Shown here one piece after another: positions 27,738 through 39,169 of a DNA stretch of 50,075 bases. Source of the DNA: Sarea resinae (lineage: Eukaryota); assembly GCA_026026165.1 (NCBI GenBank), contig JAPEUD010000113.1:1-50075 (forward strand). Direction: 5' to 3'. Each line of letters starts with the position of its first letter. The first letter of the stretch is position 1. Made by a program: the position numbers and the translations under genes. Below the pieces are notes generated by a model. It saw nothing but the letters and a program-made list of their open reading frames with translations. It was not told the DNA's origin and ran no database searches.

Positions 27738-28393
27738 TTACTCCTTCTTGTTGTAGTTGACCTTGTCGTTCCAGCTAGAGTAGTTCAAGTCAGCGCATGC
27801 TTGAACCAGCCAAGGTATTCGTTCCCAACGGCCCAACGGGACTCCTGAAAAGCCGAGTTCGCGATCCTTGCGTTATCCAAAGATGTCAAGACACTTACAA
27901 GAGAGTCTTGTCACCGTCTCCCCAGAAGAAGTTCTTGGCCCTCAGATTCTGGTAAGAGTATTGTGGGCGCTCCTCCAAGGGAGTCGAGTGCTCCCAGTGC
28001 TCCCAATGCTCGTTCCACAGGGTATAGGCATTGGCACCAGCAATTGCCAGACAGGGGATGACGGCGCTGAATCCTGTCAGTATTTCCGGCATGTTCGGGG
28101 TCATGATCGGAGCGTCCTACAAAAGCGAAAGCTTCCTCCAGAGGTCTAGATATTGCCAGTCAGTAAATTGATCACTTTTGATTGAAATATGCCCTCGCAA
28201 TTGAGCTGGTGGGTCTAATGGAAAGGACGGCCTTACGGCTGGACTCCGCGGCGTGCTGCTTCACAGCCGCCCGTTCCCGATTGAAGGCATTGTCGGCAGC
28301 TCCGTGGAGGCTGGACTCGCAGCGGCGCGAGACGGTGGAGCGCAATTGCGGGGCAAAGCGCTGCGAGGCACGGAGGACGGTTCGCTGATACAT
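27738..28393 (-). CDS. COX13: Cytochrome c oxidase subunit VIa, 4 exons
   Basis: Arg-rich presequence, NAFNRERAAVKQHA..LWRKLS..WNEHWEHWEH..YQNLRAKNFFWGDGDKTLFWN. Confidence 0.93.
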
Positions 28394-28892
28394 GGTGATG
28401 GTGTTGTTTTTGGATTTTGAAGATTGGAGATTGAGTGGAGAGTTTGACGATGTCCTTGATGGCCTTCAAGATTGGCGTACGGTAGCGGGAGGGAGAGACG
28501 AGGGTGAGGTGATGTTGCTTGCTCTCGCTTGTCCGTCGGCCGTTCGTTGGGTCGTTTCCTTTCTTGATGACCCGATTGGCCCGCAGGTCCGCTCCTGCTG
28601 AGTCATGATCTCGTCACGTGGGTACTCCGTAGTAGATGATATCAGCGAGTTTGTGTACTACGTACTATTAGTACCTCGATCGATATCGCGAGCAGTCCTA
28701 TGTAGATGGGAGGGAGTAAGGGAAGCAAACCTCATGTGGAAATGTGATCTGGGAGAGAATGATAATCATAGGTGCATGTCCGGCATGATATTCTACTTCC
28801 ACTGTCACAGCTCACCCTCATGAATCTGGCCTCATTTCCACTCCAGCCGGCCTCATCGTGATGAAGCCGCGAATACATATCCGTCAACAATC

Positions 28893-31205
28893 ATGGGGCT
28901 TCGAATCACTACTTGGAATGGTCAGTAGCATCCAAATGTTCCCTCCACTATCAGCTGACAGATTCTCAGTCAATGGAATTCGGTCAGTCGTCATCAGATG
29001 GAAGCCATTGTGACCATAACCAAACATGATATTGACATCTTTATCTCAAAGGAACCCCTTCGGATACCAGCCATGGCGGGAGAAGAGAACATTCGATGTA
29101 TGAAAAGAACCTCAACAGTAGAACGATTGTCGCTGACTTTATCCCCCAGTCGATGTTCGACATTCTCGAGGCAGACATCGTCATCATGCAAGAGCTGAAG
29201 ATCCAGCGCAAGGATCTGAGAGATGATATGGTACTCGTGCCGGGATGGGACTGTTATTTTAGTTTACCAAAATACAAGAAAGGTGGCGACCTGAAGGCCA
29301 AGCTACCGAAGGGATGAATTGCTGATATCAGTCAAGGCTACTCGGGAGTCGCCATCTACACTCGCCAGTCGGTCTGCGCTCCCATCCGTGCCGAAGAGGG
29401 CATTGCCGGCGTACTTTGCCCCCCCGGCTCCCCTTTATGCTACCGTGATCTCCCAGAACATGAATGCATCGGCGGCTATCCCACACCAAGCCAGCTTGAG
29501 GACATCTCCATTGACCCTGCAGTCCTTGACTCTGAAGGTCGATGTGTTGTCCTGGAGTTTCCCGCATTTGTGTTGTTCGGAATATACAGCCCGGCAAATA
29601 GTTCCGGAACCCGAGATGATTTCCGGATAGGCTTTCTGACGGCTTTGGAGACTCGAGTACGAAACCTGGTGGCACAGGGGAAACGGGTTGTAGTCACTGG
29701 CGATCTGAATGTCTCCCGCGAGGAGATTGATACTGCAAATGCGGAGGAATCAATGAAGAAGAATGGCCTCACTAGGGAAGAATACGCCTCTACGCCTTGC
29801 CGCCGCCTGTTCAATCAGCTGCTCCTTGGTGGGAAGGTATTCGGTGTGCGCGACGAAGGCAGAGAGGTCGCTGTGTTGTGGGATATCTGCAGAGGTTTCC
29901 ACGAGAAGCGGAAGGGAATGTTTACGTGCTGGGAGCAAAAGATCAATGCACGACCCGGGAACTATGGTTCCAGGATAGACTACGTGCTTTGCAGTCTAGA
30001 CATGAAAGATTGGTTTTGCGATTCAAATATACAAGAGGGGCTGATGGTGATTCTGCGTTTCTTCACATTGAGATATTTGCTAACGGCCAAAGGGTTCCGA
30101 TCACTGTCCCGTCTATGCCACTCTGAAGGATCAGGTCATCATAGACGGTAGCGAAGTGGATATCCGTGACATCATGACTCCTACTGGTACATTCGAACAT
30201 GGCAAGAGGCTTAAGGGGTATTCACTCAAGGGGATCCCATCTCTGTCTGGGAAGCTTCTTCCTGAATTCGATCGAAGAAGGACAATCCGCGACATGTTTG
30301 GCAAGAAACCTGCTCTTCAATCCATTCCAAGTGCGGAATCCGCGGCCCCGCCTAACGGAAACCAAGGTCCCGCCAGCAATGGTGCTTCGAATGCCAGTAG
30401 CATTGCCGACGAGGGCACCGGCAAAGTGGAGGAGAGCCAACTGTTAGAAACGACACAGCAACCACCGCCCTCGGCGCCGGCGAACTCTTCTCAGGGGTCG
30501 GAAATTTCTACCCGAACGGTCCCGAGGAAGAGACCTTCGACCGATACCTCGGCTTCTCGACAACTCAAGCGGAGCAAATCTGGGGCAAGCCCAGTAAAAA
30601 GCGCTCCTCCCTCGAAAGGGCAGAAAAGCCTCATGGGCTTTTTCAAGCCCAAAACACCGGATACTAGTACTGACGGCAGCCCAACTGCAGCAAGGGAAGA
30701 TAGCGTTAAGCAAGAGGATGGTGCCAGTCCAAACGGGCGAGCTTCCACATTGGTCCCAACAGGTTCGCAACCAGCAGACAAGAGCAAGGACTGTACGCTA
30801 TCTAGCCAGACAAGTCAATCCGCAACTCAGCCGGACTCACCTATGAAAGCATCCTCTCCAACACAGAGAAGACAAGCTCCGCCTCGGGACCCAGAAGACA
30901 TTATAGATCCCGTCGCCAGCAAAGAGACATGGTCGAAGCTCTTCACCAAGCCCGCCGCACCGCGATGCGAAGGTCATAACGAGCCTTGTATTACCCTCAC
31001 GACGAAAAAAAGCGGGTTCAATTGCGGCAGAGCGTTCTGGATATGTCCTCGGTACTGTTTCTGCTCCCCCTATGTGAGGCTTTGTATAGGAGGCACAAGC
31101 TAATGCATATATAGGCCGGTCGGGCCCTCAGGTACGAAGGAAAAGGGAACTCAGTGGCGTTGCCAGACGTTCATTTGGTCTAGTGACTGGAACGGGACCA
31201 CTTGA
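28893..31205 (+). CDS. APN2: Class II AP endonuclease / DNA lyase Apn2, incl. a 13-nt microexon 28970-28982
   Basis: MGLRITTWNVNGIR, ADIVIMQELK, GYSGVA, GDLNV, GSRIDY, GSDHCP, PIP box QKSLMGFF, C-terminal zf-GRF (CEGH..GRAFWICPR..C). Confidence 0.95.
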
Positions 31206-31829
31206 GCTCCTCCATGATGCTTCCTTGCCCACTCGGCTGCAGTCGCTGGTCCCGACATCCGGGCCCAAGTCGCAGCTTCTAGTCTACAACACGGCGCCGT
31301 CCATTCACACAGGGATACTGGAAATCGAAGCTCCTATCGAAGGCATACAGAATAAAGCTCCTGCATCTCTGAAGGCTTGACTGGCTGCGGTCTACGCTCA
31401 CTGCTCGGACAACAGTAGCCATTTTCTTCAGGCCATCGGATATACTATTCCCTACTCAATCTATCTTCTCGGCCGTGTAAATAGGGCGAAAATGAGATAT
31501 TCACGATTGTCCAGGCGTTCAACATGCCGAGCATAGAGCCGGCGTGTTATCGGTTCCCTGTTACGTACCCGGCCGGAACCAGGAGTCAGGAGTCAGGAGT
31601 CAGGAGCCAGACGGATCGAGGTGCCAATCTACCTCGAGGGTGCTCCGACTCACTACTTGGGCGTCTTCGGACTTGCTATCGTGAGAGGGTATCAGGGTAC
31701 AGGCAGGCAGGCAGGAAGGATCAGAGGAGGACCTCCTCTGCTTCCTTACTTCCTTACTTGCCGGTGTTGTTGAATTAGGTGGCTCAGTCTTCAAAAGTAG
31801 ATTCTTCTCGGACCTTGCATGTATAGAGA

Positions 31830-31831
<2 letters not shown>

Positions 31832-31865
<34 letters not shown>
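31832..31865 (+). repeat. Poly-G homopolymer, about 34 nt
   Basis: Uninterrupted G run between APN2 and the MAT genes. Confidence 0.9.
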
Positions 31866-31867
<2 letters not shown>

Positions 31868-32029
31868 CCGGAGACATGGGCTTTCAAGGCTTTATTTATT
31901 GATTCCCTAGCCGCGCATGAGTGTATGTATGTATATATATGTAGGCTCGAGATGAGAGCAGCCTGTAGAGAAGAGGGCATTCTCAAATCGCAATTCAGTC
32001 ACTACTATGCTCTGCTTCTTTCGACGGGA

Positions 32030-32185
32030 AAAATGTGTGTTGTGTGTGTTATTTGCTGTGTGTGTTATCTGCTGTGCTGTGTCGTGTGTCGTGTGCTCTG
32101 TTGGGGCTGGGTATGGGGTGTGCATGGGGTGTGTTATGTTGTTTACGGCCTGTATTTCTTGCTCGTGTGTTAGATTGTTGTGTGT
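32030..32185 (+). repeat. TG-rich low-complexity tract
   Basis: Degenerate tgtgt/gtgtt/gctgt units with strong G+T strand bias. Confidence 0.75.
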
Positions 32186-32494
32186 TATTCTAGACCTTCA
32201 GCATACATTTATGTGACCACCAAGATGAGATGTGATATGTAATATCACAAACACGCCATTGATATGTGAATGTGCCAACAAGAACTCATTGTTCTTCTTG
32301 AATAGGATACAATGGTGTTGGCTATTTTCTGTATAATACGGCTTCACGGCCTCGGTTCACATCTGGATATGGAAGGCCAAGTTCTCTTTATAAGAAGCCC
32401 TCAGCCCCCCTCTCTTTCACAAAGTATCAGTAATTGACGAGCCAAACTCATGACATTGCACTTGCCCCTCCAAGCTTCAGACATAAGAGTTGCA

Positions 32495-33719
32495 ATGTCT
32501 GAATCTATGGAACCGCCTCAAGGCAACCAGATATCAGCCTGTGCCAAAGATGATATGGCAGATAGTACGTCGTAATTCCCTGACGAAGATGATATACAGA
32601 AGCTGACTACGTAGTTTATGATCGCCGATTAAGACTCAGCCTTCGTAAAGGAAACACCCGCAACCTCCTCAGGAGCCTGGTGGTGATCCGAGACTCCATT
32701 GTCCTCAACATCCCATTCGCCCCGAAAAAATATACAGAGCTCGCACTGCGAGCTATTCTGGAGGAGGCTAGTCGCCTGGACAACGAACCTGGCTGCTTTA
32801 AAGATGAGCAAAGCAAAGCCAAATTCTTTTCGGCCATGTGTCGCTATTGCGAACAAATCACTAGAGCATCCTCGATCTGGAAGCAGCACGAGAGGAGAGA
32901 ACAGGCTATTATCAAAGGCCTCATCGTCTTTCTCGCAACAATAAGTCGACTCTCCTTCGACCCAAATCGCCACTCTTGGAATCAATTTCTGTGTAAAAAT
33001 GGTCCTGGTACTGGCGTGAAATTCAAACATGACAATCCTACCGCTTGGGTTCAAGTGCTGCCAAGGGCAGGAATCTCTATTATGGCGAGTTGGGATGGCG
33101 AGTCCAAGAAAGTGCGAAATGCTATTCAGAGCAGAACCGTAAGTCGAAATCCTCACAGCAGCGGATTGGAGACGCTGGTGCAACTACATATTTGTGGATA
33201 GATGCTGACGCTCCTTGCGATATGCAGAAAGAGAATCTTATGGTCAACCTGAAAAAAGTAAGATCAGAGATTCATTCAAAGGATTGGGCCCAGTGCTGAA
33301 AGAATCGCAGACGTACACGCCAGATTTCCTAGGAGGACCTCCTACCGTGAACATTACAGCAGTCATGAGACTTGTGAGTCCATTCCAGCACATGTGAGGT
33401 AAAGCTGAAGCTAACATCACGTAAGGCAACAATTCAGCCCAATCCATTCCCGCAGGTAGATGCCAATACAATAATTATACTCAAGAAGATGCTAAAATCA
33501 AATGTAGCATTTTCGAACCATGATAAGAGGGCGCAGACAGGGAAAACTTGAACTTTTGGGGAAAACAATTGGTAAGCCAAGCTGCAATCCCAGAGAAGAA
33601 TGCTAACAAACATAGCTCATGTGGTAAAAGGACGGCTTCGACGGGTCACAGCTAGCTGCCCAGTATTACTTTGTACTCAGTGGTTGCCAAATGGACTTGG
33701 TGGCCCTAACGACAGATGA
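32495..33719 (+). CDS. Accessory MAT1-1 idiomorph gene, probably MAT1-1-7 type (formerly Onygenales 'MAT1-1-4'); about 7 exons
   Basis: TATA near 32388; ATG 32495; series of GT..(GCTRAC-like)..AG introns (32565-32614, 33139-33227, 33258-33310 and three more) joining open frames to TGA 33717-33719; sits between APN2 and MAT1-1-1. Family name inferred from position and structure. Confidence 0.65.
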
Positions 33720-34329
33720 CTGTACTTGAGCTCAAAAAGTACGGTAATTTGCGCTTGTCGAGCGACTGGAGTTTTCTGTCATGGCGGATTGAGAGGAAGA
33801 ACGGTCCAAATTGCAGGCGTTTTCGGAGGATTTTCATGTTTAGATAGCGACAGCTGTAATTGTTCGTCAGCGTGGTGTTCATAGCGCGGATCACAAACTG
33901 AATCAGATTCTTAGTGAATCAAACTGGAAGTGAATCGCAGCAGAAGTGAATCGAACCCCATGATAATTGAATACAAAGAAAGGAGACCAAAGCGAATCGG
34001 ATCCAAATCTGAAGCTAATAGTAGACCATGCTTCCGCTTTGAGACATTCCATTTCTTTGTCCTGCGCACACTCATAAATGTAACGGCCAGCCTCTTCAAT
34101 TTTATGAAATCATTCACGTCTCCAGTAGAGCTGGATTTGTGAATTTGATATCACTTCACTTAGACGAGATGGGCTTTTCTCTCTTATAATTCTATCATCG
34201 TCGACACTGCTCACTCTGTCCACATTCTATTTGAATCCTCAACTTCGTCTCAACGAAACCACTCTTCTTCATACTCATCACTCATCAATCATCAATCAAC
34301 AAGACTTTCATCCTGAGGCAAGAAACAAC

Positions 34330-35656
34330 ATGTCGACTTCAAATCAGCTTTTGCCTGGAGTGTCAGGGCTTCAGCAAATCCTCTCTTCATACACGCCAGC
34401 TCAGCTCACGCAGGCGCTTCAAGCTTTTCAAGGTGGACAGAACACGCAAATGGCGGCTGGGCCGCTTCCATCTGTGCCTACTTCGACGACAGCGAGCAAC
34501 CAGGCAGGGCTGAAGAAGAAAGTGAAACAGCAAAAGAAGCCCAAGATCATCGTGCCCAGAGTCTCAAGACTGGGAACACGGCCTCTGAACTCTTGGATTG
34601 CCTTCAGAAGTGAGTCGAGTCTGGAATTCCTGAAAATGTGAGCTGACTCAAGCAGGCTATTACTCTGTCATATTCGAATCGCTGCAGCAAAAGGATATCT
34701 CTGGGTTCCTCACTTACCTTTGGCAAACCGATCCATTTAAGGCGAAATGGTCTATCTTAGCCAAAGCTTACTCAATCATTCGTGATACGAACGGCAAAGC
34801 TAAGGCTCCACTGGATATGTTCTTGGCGCTTAATGGCCCCTACATTGGCATTGTAAAGCCGTCGGATTATCTCTCCACGCTTGGCTGGGAAATCGCAACA
34901 GACGAGAACGGAAATCGAGCGATCGTCCGACACACAAAGCCCGACGCATCCAGCTTTAGCACACAGCTTCTCACTACCAATCTGTCAGTTCAGGACATAA
35001 TCCAGCACAGCTATGAGAATGGCTACATACCCGATAATGGAGGCAAATTCCAGCTCGATGGACCGGTGCCCTCTATGACAATGGCTTCTGTGAGCTCTAT
35101 CGCACAGCCAAGTCAAGATCTGGTCTTAAACACTACGCCTACTCTGGCGCAAATGCCTGGCTCGGTGTTTCCTTCTCAAGGCGGCGGGCATGCAGCAGCT
35201 GCGGGGTTTCCTAGCAACAACTCTCAATCATCAAACAATGTTCAAACAGTTGGCTTGCCCCATCCTCTGCATGTCGCCCATGCCCAAGCCACAAGCATCA
35301 TGGGCGCGCAACCCACCAATACCGTTGATAGCAGCTTTGCATATAACGGCCAGAGCAATGCAAGCTCTAGCGAAGCCGTCAGCAATCTTGGAACATCCGG
35401 GGCACTGCAGATCAGCGAAGGGCCATCGGATTCCGTCCATCACGACATGCACGACATGCGCGAAGAATCTCCGGATATTGATCTTGCCATGCTAGCAGAA
35501 GTCACAAAGCTTGCGACCTCTGGAGATGAATTCCCGTTCAACGGTCAATTTACGCCGGACAACATGGACGACCTCTTCTTCGAACCCTTCCTCGGGAGCG
35601 ACTTCAACCCTTTCGATTTGGGCCAATTCATCAACATGGATATGCTGGAAAATTAG
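34330..35656 (+). CDS. MAT1-1-1: Mating-type alpha-box transcription factor (intron 34610-34655)
   Basis: Spliced alpha box RPLNSWIAFRSYYSVIFESLQQKDISGFLTYLWQTDPFKAKWSILAKAYSIIRD with the intron inside the Ser codon; acidic C-terminus. Confidence 0.96.
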
Positions 35657-38600
35657 GTACTGTTTCTCTGCTTCTGATTACCTTGGTTCTCAGCTGACTT
35701 TAGACATCATCAAGAATGCGACTGAACGTTCTTTCGGTGCAGGCCAGAATACTTCGCGCCGTCGGGTATTACTCTACTGGCTCATGTCCACACCATCCCC
35801 GATTCGGCATACCCCAAACCCACCTCATCTTCGCATAACGTAGCCGAGTATCTCCGCATCCAACGTCAAACGTTAAAGCCAGGGTCTTCATACGGCAATT
35901 TACACGCATTTTGGGCTTCATATCTGTACAACTTCTCTCGTTCATGGACGTATCTAGCTCTCCAGTCACGTCATCACGCACAGCAGTTGGCACTCGGTGT
36001 TGGATCACAAGCTTCGGGTTGGAAATCAGGACTGGAAGCCTGGGTTATGGACGAACCAACGTGGGGATTTCTTCTTTGTTTTCTTTGTGTCTTCTCATCT
36101 CCTTCAGGTTCACCAAATTGTTCCATTCTCTTATGTCCTATTTGTCCATCTTTCTTCAAAGCCTCTAAGGTACGAGAGCGGTGTGACTCAATGTATCACT
36201 GGCATTCCAAAAATCAACATGCAGCATCACTTGTTCCCAAATGCGTGAACAAAGCAAATGTGTGATAGAGGAACCTTTCTTACTCTCATAGGGAGCATAA
36301 TAACTTCTACGAACATGGAAATACACTAAAAGAACTACACTAATTTCTCACCAAGCCAACAACGATCGTGGGCTGTTTAATTAGCATAATGCTCTAGCCC
36401 ATCGCTGTCGACAGACCTCTCGATTTACTGGCCAGGGATCTCGTTTGAGTTGCAGATCTGGACAACTCGCAGCCGCTCTCAAATACATCCATCTGTGCGA
36501 AGTTTCTCTTCCAGACATCTTATTCTCAAAGGGTAGATACATCTGAACCAAGATCTGTCATATGCACGTAGTGCGCCCATCATCGGCTCCGCCGCGGGAA
36601 AGAAAGCCTACCCCGCGGAATTTCGTCTTTTGAACAAAAAGGAAAAATTGCTTGTAATTCGAACCAGAGGCCTTGGCCCCCAACTTTGAATCTCCCTATA
36701 TTCCCCACATTCCCCGCATATCGGTAGGCGGACAATGCTGCAAACTATATTTGGAGCTGAAAGACGTTTCGGAACAGGATTTACTGTTTCCTCATAAAAA
36801 TCTCTCAATGTGGCCATGGGTGCCTTGCGGGATATACAAGAGGGCAGCGCAGAATTGTCTACAGAATCCCCGTAAATGATTGTAGCCCCGCGGCTGTCTC
36901 GGGGCCAATCTCGCCTGTACTCTGGGGCTCCTTGTTGAAGATCACTTGCACCCATGGTTGAGTATCTGAAGACGTGGGTGGCTTCCATCACACGCATGAA
37001 CTATTGAATTACCCTGCCACGGCCGGAGATGTTGGAGGTCGCTGTACCCTCTTTGTACACTCCCACGGTCCACGCTAGCAACCTCTGCATAGTTGTATTT
37101 AATTGTGGCTATTAAGCTGGAGGTATCCATGTGTCCATCGAAGATGCCTTGACCGAGGCTCATGTCGCATCGAAAGCTGTCCCTCGTGCTATGATTTGAT
37201 GAGTATACCACAGGTTTGCATCGGAAGTGACCACTGCCATAGCTATGGCGTCTTGACAGAGGGTGGCTTTGCAACGGAATTCATCATCAGGCAAGAACTT
37301 CAATTGCTCGTCCACGGGGCTGGCTCTAAAGCCGGATGCTAGCAGCTATTCCGATTTTGAAGGCTTTCAGACGGGCTAGGAGAACCACAACGAAGATGAT
37401 CGTAGAGCCGACAACGATGTCGATGGACATCCGGATAAAACGATAAAGCGTGGAGCATCGGAGTGCTTGATAATTTTGCCATCGACTTTCTCTTGATTGA
37501 ACGGAAATAGAGAATCTCTCTTGTGCGTGCATTTAACTAATGCTTAATATCAATAACCTTTGGATGACAAAGTAAACCTGGAAGAAGTACAGTTCAAACT
37601 GCGCGAACTGCCACGTGCACTGCCTTTCCCAAATAGCCGTGCTCGTGCCAGGGACTGAAGACTAACTTTCGGGGGGAATGAATTACCGATCTTCGTTTTC
37701 ACCTTATGATTTTGGCGCTGTTGATCACTTTGTCAAGCACGAGGGCTTCGACTGCCTGCGGAACATATAGTACAGAGCGAGATCTGTTGCTTTGGAGCCT
37801 GATCGTGATCAGACATTTCTTGAAAGAGTAGCTGCACGGATTCATGCCCAAATGCCATAACAGCGAGAGCAAGTATTGTCAGCGCACCACGTGGATAGGG
37901 CGATCGGAGAGCCCCAATAGCATAAGGTACTGCGGCTAGGCAGATTTCGATGACGAAAGCTGTAAAGCAGAACATATCAAACACCTGGAGATGCGCCGTT
38001 ATCCACATCACAGCATACTTCAGGCATTACGAAGCTGAAGATGCCCACAGTAGCTGGAGAGAACAAGGACACCTTGAGACATTTATATCTTCACCTTAAC
38101 AGTGCTCATCTAAAGCACAGATATGGTCAGCATATGGGCAATAGTGCCACACTGAAATCAAGCGGCCCATCAACACAGAGAGCTGGTGTATGAATCAACG
38201 ATTGATTTCATGAATCACGAGTCTCTAGCTGTGCAGACCAAGGTCCTGGGTATGCTGAATTTTGCCCACATTTTGCATTTGCCAACACCGACATGGACTT
38301 TCAGAAGCATAGCCCGATTGCTCTTGCCAGATTCATGATACCCTTCAGCCCACGATCGGGGCACTTAACCGTAAATCTTCTTGAAGCGCCATGTATCCAG
38401 ATAAGTAGTAACTTAGGCAAAAAGAATAGGAATTATCCTATAGTCTCCGCTCCACGTGGTTCATCCAGATAGCATGCCAAACAGCTCGAAGGGAGAGCAA
38501 TGGGTCGAGGAAATTTCTCGCTCCCCTTTGCTCTGATATCGATATCCTCGTCTCGGCTTCTTACGCAGTCCCGAAATCACGCAGCCCCATCGGAGCATCT

Positions 38601-39169
38601 TGATAGCAAGACGCCATACGTGAGACCCATTTCGAGTCCATCAAAGGCTGTCCGTCAGTCGATAGATAAAAGCAAGAACCGTATGAAGTAGGAAACGAAG
38701 CCCTAATAGATCAATCGGCTCGCTTCCACAGAGCCCACAACGGCCACGAAGACTAGGGGTTCCGCTCACCGAGACACATCCTCCTTTCGTCTCCAACCAT
38801 CATCTTCTACCCTCCACCACACACCCTCCACTTCCTTCCTTCCATCACCCTTTCTCACATAGTTGAAGGCCATCAAAAGCTCTCGACTGCGTTCCGGTCC
38901 TCATCAGAGTACCCAAAGAAGTTGAATATCATCAAACGATCATCGATCTTCCTCTTCTTCTTTGAGCCTTTGCCTCTTCTCATTCCTCACTTCCTCCATC
39001 ATTCTTCATCCTTCAGCCACCCGTCAATCTCTTTCAGAAAGCCTATTACTTTACAAGAAGTAAGTCTTCCCTACTCAAGCTCGTCCTGATCCAAGTCATC
39101 GACGCTTGCTAAGCGTCTTTTCTGCACCTCTAGCAACGCTTCAACGCATCGGAAGAATCCTTTCTGAAG

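Noticed and set aside
31925..32216. Cys/Val-rich small ORFs near MAT (pheromone or metallothionein-like?)
   Set aside because: They are translations of the TG-rich low-complexity tract; no CAAX or Kex2-repeat structure.
33706..33894. Minus-strand ORF beginning IRAMN as an HMG-box (MAT1-1-3 or MAT1-2-1) remnant
   Set aside because: Lacks the following aromatic residues, the IS..W helix and the PxYKY motif.
36363..38358. 13-bp inverted repeat (CGATCGTGGGCTG / CAGCCCACGATCG) enclosing about 2 kb, possible transposon TIRs
   Set aside because: No target-site duplication, no transposase motif, and a 13-bp match is plausible by chance.
31206..39000. Direct or inverted repeats for mating-type switching
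   Set aside because: No long repeat pair seen by eye; a self dot-plot would be needed to exclude it fully.
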